Program-made: the position numbers and the translations under genes
The notes under the pieces: model-generated
Databases searched by the model: none
Told to the model about the DNA's origin: nothing
What the model saw: only the letters and a program-made list of their open reading frames with translations
In this document: in pieces, positions 20,096-30,574 of the stretch
Numbering within the stretch: the stretch's first letter is position 1
Layout: every line of letters starts with the position of its first letter
Origin: Methanocaldococcus sp. 28A
Lineage (GTDB): Archaea > AGJL01 > Methanococci > Methanococcales > Methanocaldococcaceae
Reading direction: 5' to 3' (one strand)
NCBI GenBank assembly: GCA_049852185.1
Contig: CP187540.1
DNA: 64,000 bases

Positions 20096-22111
20096 ATGAA
20101 GAGTGAAATGACTAATGTTGATGTATGTTGTGTCGTAAATGAATTACAGAACTTGGTTAATGGTAGGTTGGATAAGGCGTTTTTAATTGATAATGAGCAG
20201 AATAGAGAGTTGATATTAAAAATCCATATTCCCGAAGGTGGGAGTAGGGAGCTTGTTATAAGCATTGGTAAATACAAATATACAACTTTAACAAATTATG
20301 AAAGAGAAAAGCCAAAACTTCCACCATCTTTTGCCATGCTATTAAGAAAATATTTAAAGAATGCCAAATTAATCAAAATTGAGCAAGTAAATTTTGATAG
20401 AATAATTATAATGTATTTTGAAACAAAAGAGGGAATTTATAAATTAGTTGCTGAGCTATTTGGTGAAGGGAATGTTATATTTTTGAATAGTGAAGATACA
20501 ATTATTGCTCCGCTTAGAGTGGAGAGATGGAGCACAAGAAATATAGTTCCTAAGGAAAAGTATAAGTTCCCTCCACAAAAGCCATTAAATCCATATAATT
20601 TAGATTTTTCTATAGCTTATGAGGTATTTAAAGATTATTTCTTAAATAATAAAGGTGTAGAATGTGTTAGATTAGTATCAAGAGTTTTTGGTATTGGAGG
20701 GCTTTATGCTGAAGAGATTTGTGAAAGGGCTGGAATAGATAAGAAAAAGAAAGATTTAAATGAAGAAGAGATTAAAACGTTGTTTGAAACATCTAAAAAT
20801 CTATTTAATGAAATATTTAACAATAGAAAGCCACAAATTGTTTTAAAAGATAACGAATACTTTGATGTTGTGCCTATTGATTTAAAAAAATATCAAGATT
20901 TAGAGAAAAAGTATTATAATAGTTTTTTAGAAGCGGTTGATGACTACTTTGCCAAATTTTTAACAAACGTTGTAGTTAAAAAAGAAAAATCAAAATTAGA
21001 GAGAGAAATTGAAAAGCAGGAAAACATATTAAAAAGGCAGTTAGAAACTTTGAAGAAGTATAAAGAAGATGCAGAGAAAAACCAAATTAAAGGGGATTTA
21101 ATTTATGCCAACTATCAAATTGTTGAAGAGCTATTAAATGCTATAAAGCAGGCAAGAGAAAAAATGGATTGGGCAAAAATTAAAAAAATAATTAGAGATA
21201 ATAAAGAGCATCCAATCTTAGGATTGATTGAAAATATAAATGAGAATGTTGGGGAAATAATTATTAGATTAAAAGCAGAGGTTGATGATAATGTTATAGA
21301 GGAGAGAGTTTCTTTGGATATAAGGAAAAATGCCTTTGAAAATGCTGAAAGCTATTATGAAAAAGCTAAGAAGCTTAGAGGCAAAATTGAAGGAATAGAA
21401 AATGCTATAAAATTAACCAAGAAGAAAATAGAAGAGCTTAAAAAGAAAGGAGAAAAAGAGTTAAAAGAAAAAGAAGCTATACAGATGAAGAAAAAAGTAA
21501 AGAAAGAGAGAAAATGGTATGAGAAGTTTAAATGGACTGTTATCAATGGATTTTTAGTAATTGCAGGAAAAGATGCAATAACAAACGAGATTATTATTAA
21601 AAAATACACTGACAAAGATGATATTGTATTCCACGCAAATATTCAAGGAGCTCCATTCACAGTCATAAAAACAAATGGTAGAGAGGTTGATGAAGAAACG
21701 TTAGAGGAGGTTGCTAAATTTTCTGTTTCCCATTCAAGGGCTTGGAAGCTTGGATATGGGGCTATAGACACTTACTGGGTTAAACCTGAACAGATATCAA
21801 AAACAGCTGAAAGTGGGGAATATTTAAAAAGAGGGGCGTTCGTAATTAGAGGAGAGAGACATTATTATAGGAACACACCATTAGAGTTGGGTATTGGAAT
21901 TATTGAATATGATGGCTCATTAAAAATTACAACAGCTCCACCAAAAACTTTACAAAAGAGCTTTATTAAGTGGGTTCTATTAAAACCTGGTAATAAAGAG
22001 AAAGGAAAAGTAGTTAAAGAACTTAAAGAGATATTTAAGGATTATGATGTTGATGATGAAGACATTTTAAGAGTTCTTCCTCCAGGAGGATGTGAGATAG
22101 TTAAAAAATAA
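20096..22111 (+). CDS. rqcH: Ribosome quality-control factor RqcH/Rqc2 (NFACT)
   Basis: PPSFAMLLRKYL, ELFGEGN, WYEKFKW, GKDA..NE, GAFVIRG. Confidence 0.92.
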   Translation: MKSEMTNVDVCCVVNELQNLVNGRLDKAFLIDNEQNRELILKIHIPEGGSRELVISIGKYKYTTLTNYEREKPKLPPSFAMLLRKYLKNAKLIKIEQVNFDRIIIMYFETKEGIYKLVAELFGEGNVIFLNSEDTIIAPLRVERWSTRNIVPKEKYKFPPQKPLNPYNLDFSIAYEVFKDYFLNNKGVECVRLVSRVFGIGGLYAEEICERAGIDKKKKDLNEEEIKTLFETSKNLFNEIFNNRKPQIVLKDNEYFDVVPIDLKKYQDLEKKYYNSFLEAVDDYFAKFLTNVVVKKEKSKLEREIEKQENILKRQLETLKKYKEDAEKNQIKGDLIYANYQIVEELLNAIKQAREKMDWAKIKKIIRDNKEHPILGLIENINENVGEIIIRLKAEVDDNVIEERVSLDIRKNAFENAESYYEKAKKLRGKIEGIENAIKLTKKKIEELKKKGEKELKEKEAIQMKKKVKKERKWYEKFKWTVINGFLVIAGKDAITNEIIIKKYTDKDDIVFHANIQGAPFTVIKTNGREVDEETLEEVAKFSVSHSRAWKLGYGAIDTYWVKPEQISKTAESGEYLKRGAFVIRGERHYYRNTPLELGIGIIEYDGSLKITTAPPKTLQKSFIKWVLLKPGNKEKGKVVKELKEIFKDYDVDDEDILRVLPPGGCEIVKK

Positions 22112-22210
22112 CTATAATTACATTTAAAAGTAGTTATCGGTTTCGTTTTTAGTAGGTCTTTAATATATAAATATAATAGTAAAGGACATGCAGAATATAA
22201 AAATTGGAGG

Positions 22211-23231
22211 GAGGTTGTCGAAAAATTGAATTAGGAAGAGTATGAAGTATTATGTATTAATACTGATAATCTCATTAATATTAATATATTATGTACTATT
22301 GCAGCAGCGATAGTGCTGTTTCGTCTAATATTTAGCAATCTATCGTTTAATTTTAGACGGTTTTTAGTTTCCAGCCCACCAAAAATGGATTCCACGACTC
22401 CACGGTATCTATATAAATTTTGATTAAACATACCTTTGATTCGTTTTCTAACCTTATTGGTTTTATAATCCCATTTAAACTCTTTAGTTTTAACTATGGG
22501 GGAGATGTTGTGATTTAGTGAGTATTCGAACAGTTCACAGCAATCGTATCCACTATCAGCCAATAGATATTCAATATCTAAAAAATCGATTTGTTTAAGC
22601 ATTTCTAATAAGTTTGCACTATCGGAACTATAATTAGTGCCCCAACGGGCAGCAACTACTGGAATATAGCCATAGTTAGGATAATAGCATGCTAAAATAT
22701 GCAATTTACCAAACACTCGTCGTTTAGTCCGTTTTCCTCGATAAATACATTCACTATATAATCTATTTATGGAAACACCCGCGGAGTCAGCGATATATAT
22801 TTTATTGGTGGGCTGTTTCAGTAAATTGTCTATAATTACATACGTAAAGGTAAGTAAGGCTGACAAAGAGGTATAATCTATTCGTTTGAATGCTTTACTG
22901 GTAGGATATTCGATATGGTCTCTAAGTCTCTCAAACTAAGTGTGTAGATATGTTTTAATATTTGAACAGCCATATATTCATTATGGGATATAGCTAGAGC
23001 TCGACCTACCCTTCGTCTTTCTATCGAGGGGCGATTTAACTTATTTATAATACGTAAAATAAATATATATGTCTCCACTATGTCGTATTTCTTATATCTA
23101 AGGTCGTAAGCTTTCCAATAATCCTTCCGCTTCTTGAAACTTTTCTTTTTCTCTCTTGTTTTCTTATTTTCTTCCCGCTTCATATTTCGTATTATCTACT
23201 ATCAGTTAGTTTAATATTTTTCGACAACCTC
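22211..23231 (-). mobile_element. IS5/IS4-like insertion sequence, 1021 bp, defective
   Basis: Perfect 16-bp TIRs GAGGTTGTCGAAAAAT (22211-22226, 23216-23231) enclosing a transposase; no target duplication visible. Confidence 0.88.
22231..23183 (-). pseudogene. Frameshifted DDE transposase
   Basis: Two out-of-frame ORFs (22878-23183, 22231-22866); IADSAG, ADSGY, YRYRGVVESIFG DDE motifs. Confidence 0.85.
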
Positions 23232-23583
23232 AAAGATTGTGCAAACTCTTTATAAATAAAACGCACAACCATAAAGAAAAATAAGTACAATAAGAAGAGA
23301 TTTTATATAAAATAACTCTTATCAAATTTTAAAACATACAAAATAAAAACAAACATCTAAAATCCCTAAAAAATAAAAATTTTCCATTGGAAAAATCAGT
23401 ATTACTTTTTATCAATTTTCTAATACCAAATTCCAATAAGTAGTATATAAAAGCAAGAAAGTAAAATTAAAAAATCTAATTTGCATATTAAAAATTCTAA
23501 TAAAATCTAAAGAAGCATAACTTATTTATATTTTAATTATATCAATTTGTCATTAACAATAATGATAGATTATTGGTGGCATT

Positions 23584-24030
23584 ATGATTAAAAAAATGGC
23601 AAGAAAAAAATGCATTCATGTTATGCTTGTTTATACTGGTGGATGTAATGCATGTGATATTGAGGTTGTTAATGCTATCTTTTCTCCATTTTATGATGCC
23701 GAGCAGTATAATGTTTTTTTAACATTTAATCCAAGAGAGGCGGATATTTTAGTTGTTACTGGATGTGTTACTAAAGTTGTTGCTGAATCTTTAAGAAAGA
23801 TTTATGAAAAGATTCCAGAGCCAAAAGCCGTTGTTGCTGTTGGAGCATGTGCGTTAATGGGAGGTGTTTATAAAAACATAGGTGGAGACTTAGGAACTTC
23901 AGATTTTATAGCAGGACCAGTTGAAAATATAATCCCAGTAGATGTTAAAGTGCCTGGCTGTGCTCCAAGACCTGAAGATATTATAGCTGGGATAGTTAAA
24001 GCTCTACCTAAAGTTATTGAAGGTAGATAA
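23584..24030 (+). CDS. Energy-converting [NiFe]-hydrogenase small subunit (EhbM-like)
   Basis: [29 protein letters not shown]. Confidence 0.88.
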   Translation: MIKKMARKKCIHVMLVYTGGCNACDIEVVNAIFSPFYDAEQYNVFLTFNPREADILVVTGCVTKVVAESLRKIYEKIPEPKAVVAVGACALMGGVYKNIGGDLGTSDFIAGPVENIIPVDVKVPGCAPRPEDIIAGIVKALPKVIEGR

Positions 24031-24061
24031 ATAACGTTAAAATCTTTCTGAGGGATATGTT

Positions 24062-25030
24062 ATGATTGACAAAATAATTTCAATAATTGGCATTCCAGCA
24101 TTAGCTTTTGCTATCTCCACATACATTCCAGGAATTCAGAGAAAAATAGAGGCAAGAATACAACAAAGAATAGGACCAAGTATATTAGCCCCTGGATTTT
24201 GGGCATTGTTTAAGTTTTTATTTAAAGAAACAAAAACGCCAGATGCAAACTTACCAAAATTATATAATTTGTTGCCTCTCCTTTCTATAGCTGTTTTATG
24301 GGCTATATTGGCTATAACATCAATCACATCTTTTTATATTTTATCTAATGTAATTGGTATTGTTGGTCTGCTAAAATTAGAAGAGATGATGTATATAATT
24401 TTAGGTTCTTTGGCATTTTCAATTATGGGTTGGAGAATGCCTTATATAGATGAGTGTAAAGGAACTAATTTTTTAGGAACTTTAAAGCTTTCATTGGAGC
24501 AGTTGGGAGCTATAAGAAGTTTTAAAATGATAACAATTGGTTCATTTCCATTTTATTTGGCAATTTTTCTTCCATTTGTTCAAAAGCAGAGTATATTCTT
24601 AAAAGATATTGTTGGAGAGCCATTTTTATTCTCATTAGCTGGAATATTTGGAGCTATATGCTATTTCATTGGCTATGTTATAATGATTAAAGAATATCCA
24701 TTTTCAATAACTCACACAAAGGCGGATGTTATTGAAGGACCTACAATGGAGTTGATGGCTAAGTATAGAGCTTTATATTTAGCAAGTAAAGAGCTTTTAT
24801 TAATTACTTTGGGTAGTTTATTTGCAACCTTATATTTGGGAATAGCTCCTGACATAAATAATCCGATAACAATCATTGAAAACTTTGCTATAGCTGTAAT
24901 ATTTCCAATATTAGCCACATTTGTTAGGGCATTCTCTCCAGTGCTTTTATTTAAACAAATATATCCTATCTCATTTGTAGCAACACTAATTGGAGTTGTT
25001 GGATTTATCTTTGCTTTGCTTGGGTGGTAA
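24062..25030 (+). CDS. Energy-converting hydrogenase membrane subunit (NuoH/EhbO-like)
   Basis: RKIEARIQQRIGP; multiple TM helices. Confidence 0.85.
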   Translation: MIDKIISIIGIPALAFAISTYIPGIQRKIEARIQQRIGPSILAPGFWALFKFLFKETKTPDANLPKLYNLLPLLSIAVLWAILAITSITSFYILSNVIGIVGLLKLEEMMYIILGSLAFSIMGWRMPYIDECKGTNFLGTLKLSLEQLGAIRSFKMITIGSFPFYLAIFLPFVQKQSIFLKDIVGEPFLFSLAGIFGAICYFIGYVIMIKEYPFSITHTKADVIEGPTMELMAKYRALYLASKELLLITLGSLFATLYLGIAPDINNPITIIENFAIAVIFPILATFVRAFSPVLLFKQIYPISFVATLIGVVGFIFALLGW

Positions 25031-25888
25031 ATACTCCTCTTTCATCTTAACAACTACTACTGGTGTATGCTCTAACTTTTCTAAAATTTCTTCAGTTATT
25101 ATATAGGAGTTATATTTTTCTAAAACTTCATTAATGTTTTTTATTGTTTTATGAACCCTATCACAGATAAAAGCTATTCTAACAAGCTGACCTATTGTAT
25201 ATTTTTTATAAATTTCATTTCCAGCTATTGCTAATGGTGTGCATCCAGCAAACCCCCCAATCTTTAAAACATCAGCCAACCTCCCAAGAATAAAACCAAA
25301 AACACCAATTCCGCTTATTATTCCATCTATTGCATAGGGAAGAGCAGTAACATAAAAATTTAAAACTTTATATGTGGCATCAGTGTCTGCAACCATAACA
25401 ACTATATCAACACCCAATTCCTTTTTTATCTCTTTATATAATATTTCAGCCCATTTTTTTGGATTTTTTGGTAAAGGGCAGGCATAAGTTCCAGGAACGT
25501 TTGTTAAATCTATACCTCCCTCAGCATAAGGTTTTAAAGCATATCTTAACCCAACAGTTTCTATAATTGTTTGTTTATGCCTTAAAGTTTCTTCTTTTGG
25601 CATATTTCTTAAATTTTTTATTTTATCTTCTTTAATTTTAAATAATTTTCCAAGTACATAGCCCCAAAGATATTTTGACCAATAGTAACAAAAATAAGCT
25701 AAAACTCCAGATTTAAATTTGCTTTCATCAACAAAATTTCCCTCAGCAGTTGAAACCATCTTTTCACTTAATACAACAAAATCACCATCCTCTAATTTAA
25801 TTCCACTATTTTTTAATGCCTCTATAACAATTGGAATAAAATTTTCCCCTTTTTTTATATATTTTGTTCTAATAGGATAAGCTCTCAT
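24986..25888 (-). CDS. CofE-like (F420-0:gamma-glutamyl ligase family) protein
   Basis: VVLSEKMVSTAEG, GIDLTN, ADTD motifs. Confidence 0.75.
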   Translation of the reverse strand: MRAYPIRTKYIKKGENFIPIVIEALKNSGIKLEDGDFVVLSEKMVSTAEGNFVDESKFKSGVLAYFCYYWSKYLWGYVLGKLFKIKEDKIKNLRNMPKEETLRHKQTIIETVGLRYALKPYAEGGIDLTNVPGTYACPLPKNPKKWAEILYKEIKKELGVDIVVMVADTDATYKVLNFYVTALPYAIDGIISGIGVFGFILGRLADVLKIGGFAGCTPLAIAGNEIYKKYTIGQLVRIAFICDRVHKTIKNINEVLEKYNSYIITEEILEKLEHTPVVVVKMKEEYLPPKQSKDKSNNSN

Positions 25889-25993
25889 GTTACCACTTTT
25901 ATCAATGTATAAATACCACGTAATGAATATTAATAATGAAATATTAAATATAATTGTAATAAAAAATATAAAATATAAAAATTAGGTGAAAGC

Positions 25994-26722
25994 ATGAAAA
26001 GATTAAAGACTGGAATTCCTGGAATGGATGATATATTACATGGAGGAATTCCTGAAAGAAACGTTGTTCTATTATCTGGAGGTCCTGGAACTGGAAAATC
26101 TATATTCTGCCAGCAATTTTTATACAAAGGGACTGTAGAATACAATGAACCAAGTGTTTTAGTAGCTTTAGAAGAACATCCAGTTCAAATTAGAGAGAAT
26201 ATGAAACAATTTGGATGGGATGTTAGAAAGTTAGAGGAAGAAGGAAAATTTGCCATAGTTGATGCCTTCACTTATGGAATTGGTAGTGCTGCAAAAAGAG
26301 AGAAGTATGTTGTAAATGACCCAAATGATGAGAGGGAATTAATAGATGTTTTAAAAACTGCAATAAATGACATTGGAGCTAAAAGAATAGGGATTGATTC
26401 AGTAACAACATTATATATAAACAAGCCAATGATGGCAAGGAAAACAGTATTTTTATTAAAGAGGGTTATCTCTGGCTTAGGATGCACTGCCATCTTTACA
26501 TCTCAAATATCTGTTGGAGAGAGAGGATTTGGAGGGCCAGGAGTTGAGCATGCAGTAGATGGGATTATAAGATTAGATTTAGATGAAATTAATGGAGAGT
26601 TAAAGAGAAGCTTAATTGTGTGGAAGATGAGAGGAACAAGCCATTCATTGAAGAGGCATCCATTTGATATAACTGATGAAGGAATCATTGTATATTCAGA
26701 TAAAGTGTTAAAGCTTAGATAA
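25994..26722 (+). CDS. KaiC/RecA-superfamily ATPase (single domain)
   Basis: [27 protein letters not shown]. Confidence 0.92.
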   Translation: MKRLKTGIPGMDDILHGGIPERNVVLLSGGPGTGKSIFCQQFLYKGTVEYNEPSVLVALEEHPVQIRENMKQFGWDVRKLEEEGKFAIVDAFTYGIGSAAKREKYVVNDPNDERELIDVLKTAINDIGAKRIGIDSVTTLYINKPMMARKTVFLLKRVISGLGCTAIFTSQISVGERGFGGPGVEHAVDGIIRLDLDEINGELKRSLIVWKMRGTSHSLKRHPFDITDEGIIVYSDKVLKLR

Positions 26723-26737
26723 AATTTTTGATAATTA

Positions 26738-26847
26738 TAGTTGTGTGCAAAATGAAATAAACTTTAAAAAGGATAATTTGAAAGCCTTCCTTAAAGAAGG
26801 CATTCATTAATACCTTATTTTATTTAAGATAGTTTTGCACACAACTA
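26738..26847. repeat. MITE family A
   Basis: TIRs TAGTTGTGTGCAAAA / TTTTGCACACAACTA, central hairpin GCCTTC..GAAGGC. Confidence 0.9.
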
Positions 26848-26920
26848 ATAAACACTATGTAGTAAATTATTAAAATAAGGAATAATAAAAATAATTAACA
26901 TAGGATAAAAATAAAAATAT

Positions 26921-27427
26921 GTGTGGGGGATGAGTATGATACCATTAGTTCCTACATCAAAGACAGAAATAGACAAATTAGAGCATATCTTAATCTTAGG
27001 AACATTATTCAGACCAGAAATATTAGAGTTAATAAAAGACCCTGTTGAGAAAGTTACATGGGTAGATTCATTGGCTATTGCAGCAGGAGCGTTGGCAAGA
27101 GAAAAAGCTGGATATACAATAAGAGAAATTGCCGATGAATTGGGAAGAACTGAACAAACAATTAGAAAGCACTTAAAAGGAGAAACAAAAGCAGGAAAGC
27201 TCGTTATAGAAACATATGAGATGATAAAGAAAGGAGAATTAAATATTGAAGAGGTAGAAAAATTCTTAGAAGCTGTTGTTAGAAAAGAAGACTTAGAGAA
27301 AAAGTTGGCTGATATTAAGAAGTTAGAGGAAGAAATTGAAAAACTTAAGAAAGAAAACGAACAATTAGCTAACAAGTTAGAAAAAGTTAAAGAGAAATTA
27401 AAAGAATTATTAAGTGATTTAGAATAA
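26921..27427 (+). CDS. HTH transcriptional regulator associated with KaiC-like ATPase
   Basis: IADELGRTEQTIRKHL HTH, C-terminal coiled coil; true start probably a downstream Met. Confidence 0.8.
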   Translation: MWGMSMIPLVPTSKTEIDKLEHILILGTLFRPEILELIKDPVEKVTWVDSLAIAAGALAREKAGYTIREIADELGRTEQTIRKHLKGETKAGKLVIETYEMIKKGELNIEEVEKFLEAVVRKEDLEKKLADIKKLEEEIEKLKKENEQLANKLEKVKEKLKELLSDLE

Positions 27428-27489
27428 TAGATAAACTTTCTATTTTATCTTCATTTTGTCATTTTTATATATTTTTTTTGGTGGTTAAA

Positions 27490-27783
27490 ATGAGAAAGGT
27501 CGTGGCTGAGGTCTCTATAATTCCCTTAGGAAAAGGAGCAAGCGTTTCAAAATATGTTAAAAAAGCAATTGATGTTTTTAAAAAATACAACTTAAAAGTT
27601 GAGACAAATGCTATGGGAACTGTATTGGAAGGAGATTTAGATGAAATTCTAAAAGCTTTTAAAGAAGCTCACTCAACAGTTTTAAATGATGTTGATAGAG
27701 TTGTAAGTCAATTAAAAATTGATGAAAGGAAAGATAAAGAAAATACAATTGAAAGAAAATTAAAGGCAATTGGAGAGCTATAA
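27490..27783 (+). CDS. MTH1187/YkoF thiamine-binding family protein
   Basis: VSIIPLG, SVSKYV, AMGTVLEG, KIDER. Confidence 0.88.
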   Translation: MRKVVAEVSIIPLGKGASVSKYVKKAIDVFKKYNLKVETNAMGTVLEGDLDEILKAFKEAHSTVLNDVDRVVSQLKIDERKDKENTIERKLKAIGEL

Positions 27784-27802
27784 ATATGTATTTGGTGTTT
27801 AT

Positions 27803-29347
27803 ATGATTTTGGGTATTTGTGATGGACATAATGCAAGCTCCTCATTAGTGGATAAAGATAAAATTTTATTTGCAATGAGTGAAGAAAGATTTACAAGAAA
27901 GAAAAATCAAAGAGGTTTTCCAGAAAACTCAGTAAATTATATTTTAAGTAGAGTTAAAGCTGATAAAATTGATTATATTTCTATTGGTGGAGTTTTTAGA
28001 AGAGGAGAAAGAATAAAAAAAATGAAAGAATTTCAAAGCAAGATAAATAAAAAATTTCTCTATTTTTATCATCATATAGCTCATTCATATTTATTTAAGT
28101 TGTCAGAATTTAAAGAAGCTTTAGTTATTTCAATAGATGGAGGAGGGGATGGATTATCTTTTTTAGCATCTATAGCAAACAAAAATAATTTAGAGATTAT
28201 AGCTCAAAGTGATTTAATTGACTCTGTTGGAGATTTTTATGCATCAATAACCGAACTTTTAGGTTTTAAACCTATGGAAGATGAAGGTAAAGTTATGTCT
28301 CTCTCATCTTATGATGGTAAAGAGGATATAACATTAACAACCATTGACTATATAAAAGAATTAAAATCATTTAAAAACTATCTTGGAGTTATTGGTTATG
28401 AAGCTACCAAAGCATTAAAAAAATTATTAATTAAGAATAAAAACCAATTAACTTTTGAAGATAAAGTTAAGATATCAAAATTTGCTCAAAGAACTTTAGA
28501 GGATGTTGTTTTAAAGGCAATTAATGATTTAGCTTATGAATATAACATAAATAACGTTGTATTTGTTGGTGGAGTGGCTCAAAATGTTAAGTTGAACTCA
28601 AAAATTGCTGAAAAATATAATTTATTTGTTCCACCTTTTATGGGGGATGAAGGCCTTTGCTTAGGAGCAAGTTTGGCGGATAAAAGAATAGATAGAATAA
28701 ATATAAACAATACATACTTTGGATATGAAATAGAGAATGAAAAAGCTGAAAAAATTTTAGAAGAACTAAAAAACAAACTTAATGGCTATAAAATAAATTT
28801 TATAGAGGAGGATGAAATTCCAGAAGTCGTTGGAAATCTAATCTTAGAGAATAAAATTGTTTGTCTATCAAGAGGAAAAATGGAGTTTGGTCCGAGAGCT
28901 TTAGGGAATAGGAGTGTTATAGCATTACCAACAAAAGAAAATAAAGAAAAAATAAATAAAAAGTTAAAAAGAAGTTGGTTTATGCCATTTGCTCCAACAA
29001 TACTATATGAGTTTGTAGATGAGTATTTAATAAATCCAAGATACTCTCCATTTATGACTCAAATATTTAAGGTTAAAGAAGAAAAAATAAAAGAAATAGA
29101 GGGAGTTATCCATGTAGATAAGACAACAAGACCACAAACATTAAAAAGAGAAGCTAATGAAACATATTATGATATAATAAAATATATTTATGATTCTATA
29201 GGTATTCCTGTAGTTTTAAATACTTCTTTTAATTTACATGGCGAGCCAATAGTTTGTGATGAAAAAGATACTATAAAAAGCTTTTTAAAGGCAGATTTTG
29301 ATGCTTTGTTATTAGGAAATTATTTAATAACTAATGAATTTTTTTAA
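27803..29347 (+). CDS. NodU/CmcH-family carbamoyltransferase
   Basis: GHNAS, EERFTR, HHIAH, EGKVM, EFGPRALGNRS, NTSFNLHGEPIV. Confidence 0.9.
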   Translation: MILGICDGHNASSSLVDKDKILFAMSEERFTRKKNQRGFPENSVNYILSRVKADKIDYISIGGVFRRGERIKKMKEFQSKINKKFLYFYHHIAHSYLFKLSEFKEALVISIDGGGDGLSFLASIANKNNLEIIAQSDLIDSVGDFYASITELLGFKPMEDEGKVMSLSSYDGKEDITLTTIDYIKELKSFKNYLGVIGYEATKALKKLLIKNKNQLTFEDKVKISKFAQRTLEDVVLKAINDLAYEYNINNVVFVGGVAQNVKLNSKIAEKYNLFVPPFMGDEGLCLGASLADKRIDRININNTYFGYEIENEKAEKILEELKNKLNGYKINFIEEDEIPEVVGNLILENKIVCLSRGKMEFGPRALGNRSVIALPTKENKEKINKKLKRSWFMPFAPTILYEFVDEYLINPRYSPFMTQIFKVKEEKIKEIEGVIHVDKTTRPQTLKREANETYYDIIKYIYDSIGIPVVLNTSFNLHGEPIVCDEKDTIKSFLKADFDALLLGNYLITNEFF

Positions 29348-29350
29348 TAA

Positions 29351-29403
29351 TCTAAGAGGCATTGCAATTCATCCATTTTGATTAGCCTTTTCTTAAAAGG
29401 TTG
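29351..29403. repeat. Palindromic repeat family P, degenerate; overlaps the adenylate kinase stop codon
   Basis: Reverse complement CAACCTTTTAAGAAAAGGCTAATCAAAATGGATG..GCAATGCCTCTTA matches 5978-6043. Confidence 0.8.
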
Positions 29404-29923
29404 TAGTTAAGTAATCAAAATATTCCTCCATCCAATTTACAATCCCCTTTCTTTCTTTTTTATTTTTTATTGCTTCAATAATCTCATTAACTATACTATC
29501 TATGCTTCTATTTGTTGTATCTATCTCATAAACTCTACCTTTACTCTCACATAAACAGACGTCCAATATCTCTGCCTGAACATTCTCTAAAACCTTCTTT
29601 GGCTTATAACCTCTCTTTTCTAACCGTTCTTTAATAATTTCAGGATTGCATCTAAGCACTATTACATAATCAGGATTTAAAAGATGAGATACATGACCAT
29701 CTAATATAATATTCTTTTCTTTTTCCTCAATCTCATCAATGAATTTTTCCAATTTCTCAAAATCAATAACATAAGAGTCCATATCCTCATCTTTTTCAGT
29801 ATATAGTTTATATTTTTTTACAACTTCTGTAATATCAATAACTTTTATTCCCAATTTGTCCCCTAAAACTTTTGAAACTGTAGTCTTCCCAACTCCTGGA
29901 GTTCCAGTAATAGCTATTCTCAT
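29393..29923 (-). CDS. Adenylate kinase AK6/Fap7 family
   Basis: ITGTPGVGKTT, DGHVSH, RLEKRGY. Confidence 0.9.
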   Translation of the reverse strand: MRIAITGTPGVGKTTVSKVLGDKLGIKVIDITEVVKKYKLYTEKDEDMDSYVIDFEKLEKFIDEIEEKEKNIILDGHVSHLLNPDYVIVLRCNPEIIKERLEKRGYKPKKVLENVQAEILDVCLCESKGRVYEIDTTNRSIDSIVNEIIEAIKNKKERKGIVNWMEEYFDYLTTTF

Positions 29924-29941
29924 TTAACCACCAAAATAAAA

Positions 29942-30028
29942 TATAGTTGTGTGCAAAACTATCTTAAATAAAATAAGGAATTATTAATTGTCATTATACA
30001 AGTTTATTTTATTTTGCACACAACTATA
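29942..30028. repeat. MITE family A (inverted, internally deleted)
   Basis: Perfect 17-bp TIR TATAGTTGTGTGCAAAA. Confidence 0.9.
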
Positions 30029-30033
30029 AAGAA

Positions 30034-30516
30034 TTACACACTTTCAGCATCATCAGTAATCTTTGAAATATATTTATCCAATATTACCTCATCTTTATAA
30101 GCTAACAACACATTTTCAGCAACAAATCCCAATTTATAATTTAAAACATTCATATAATCCCTAAACTCATTAAGTTCTTTTAAAATAGATTCAAATGGCA
30201 CCTCCTCAAAATTTACTATCACAACATCGTATTCTGAAACTCTATCTTTTATATTTTCAAAGTCCAAAGGATGTTTAATCCTAACAACATACAATTTTGG
30301 TAGAATTTTTTCTACTTTAATTACTTCTTTTATTTCTTTTACTTCTTCTTTAGATTCTTTAGGTTCTAAAACTTCTGGCTCAACTTCTGTCTCATTCTCT
30401 AAGATATAGGAAGGTTTTTCTTCTCCAATAACTATATATTCTTCATCAGGAACTTCAACAGGTTTTGGTATGTCCTTATTTCCTCTAATTTTCTTTATAA
30501 TTTTTTTAATAACCAT
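30034..30516 (-). CDS. Hypothetical protein, possibly SepF-like
   Basis: N-terminal amphipathic helix, acidic linker with EEYIVI, compact C-terminal domain. Confidence 0.55.
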   Translation of the reverse strand: MVIKKIIKKIRGNKDIPKPVEVPDEEYIVIGEEKPSYILENETEVEPEVLEPKESKEEVKEIKEVIKVEKILPKLYVVRIKHPLDFENIKDRVSEYDVVIVNFEEVPFESILKELNEFRDYMNVLNYKLGFVAENVLLAYKDEVILDKYISKITDDAESV

Positions 30517-30574
30517 GACTTTTCCCTCTTTAAATTTTAAAAAGTTATTTTATACTACATTATATAAATTTAAC

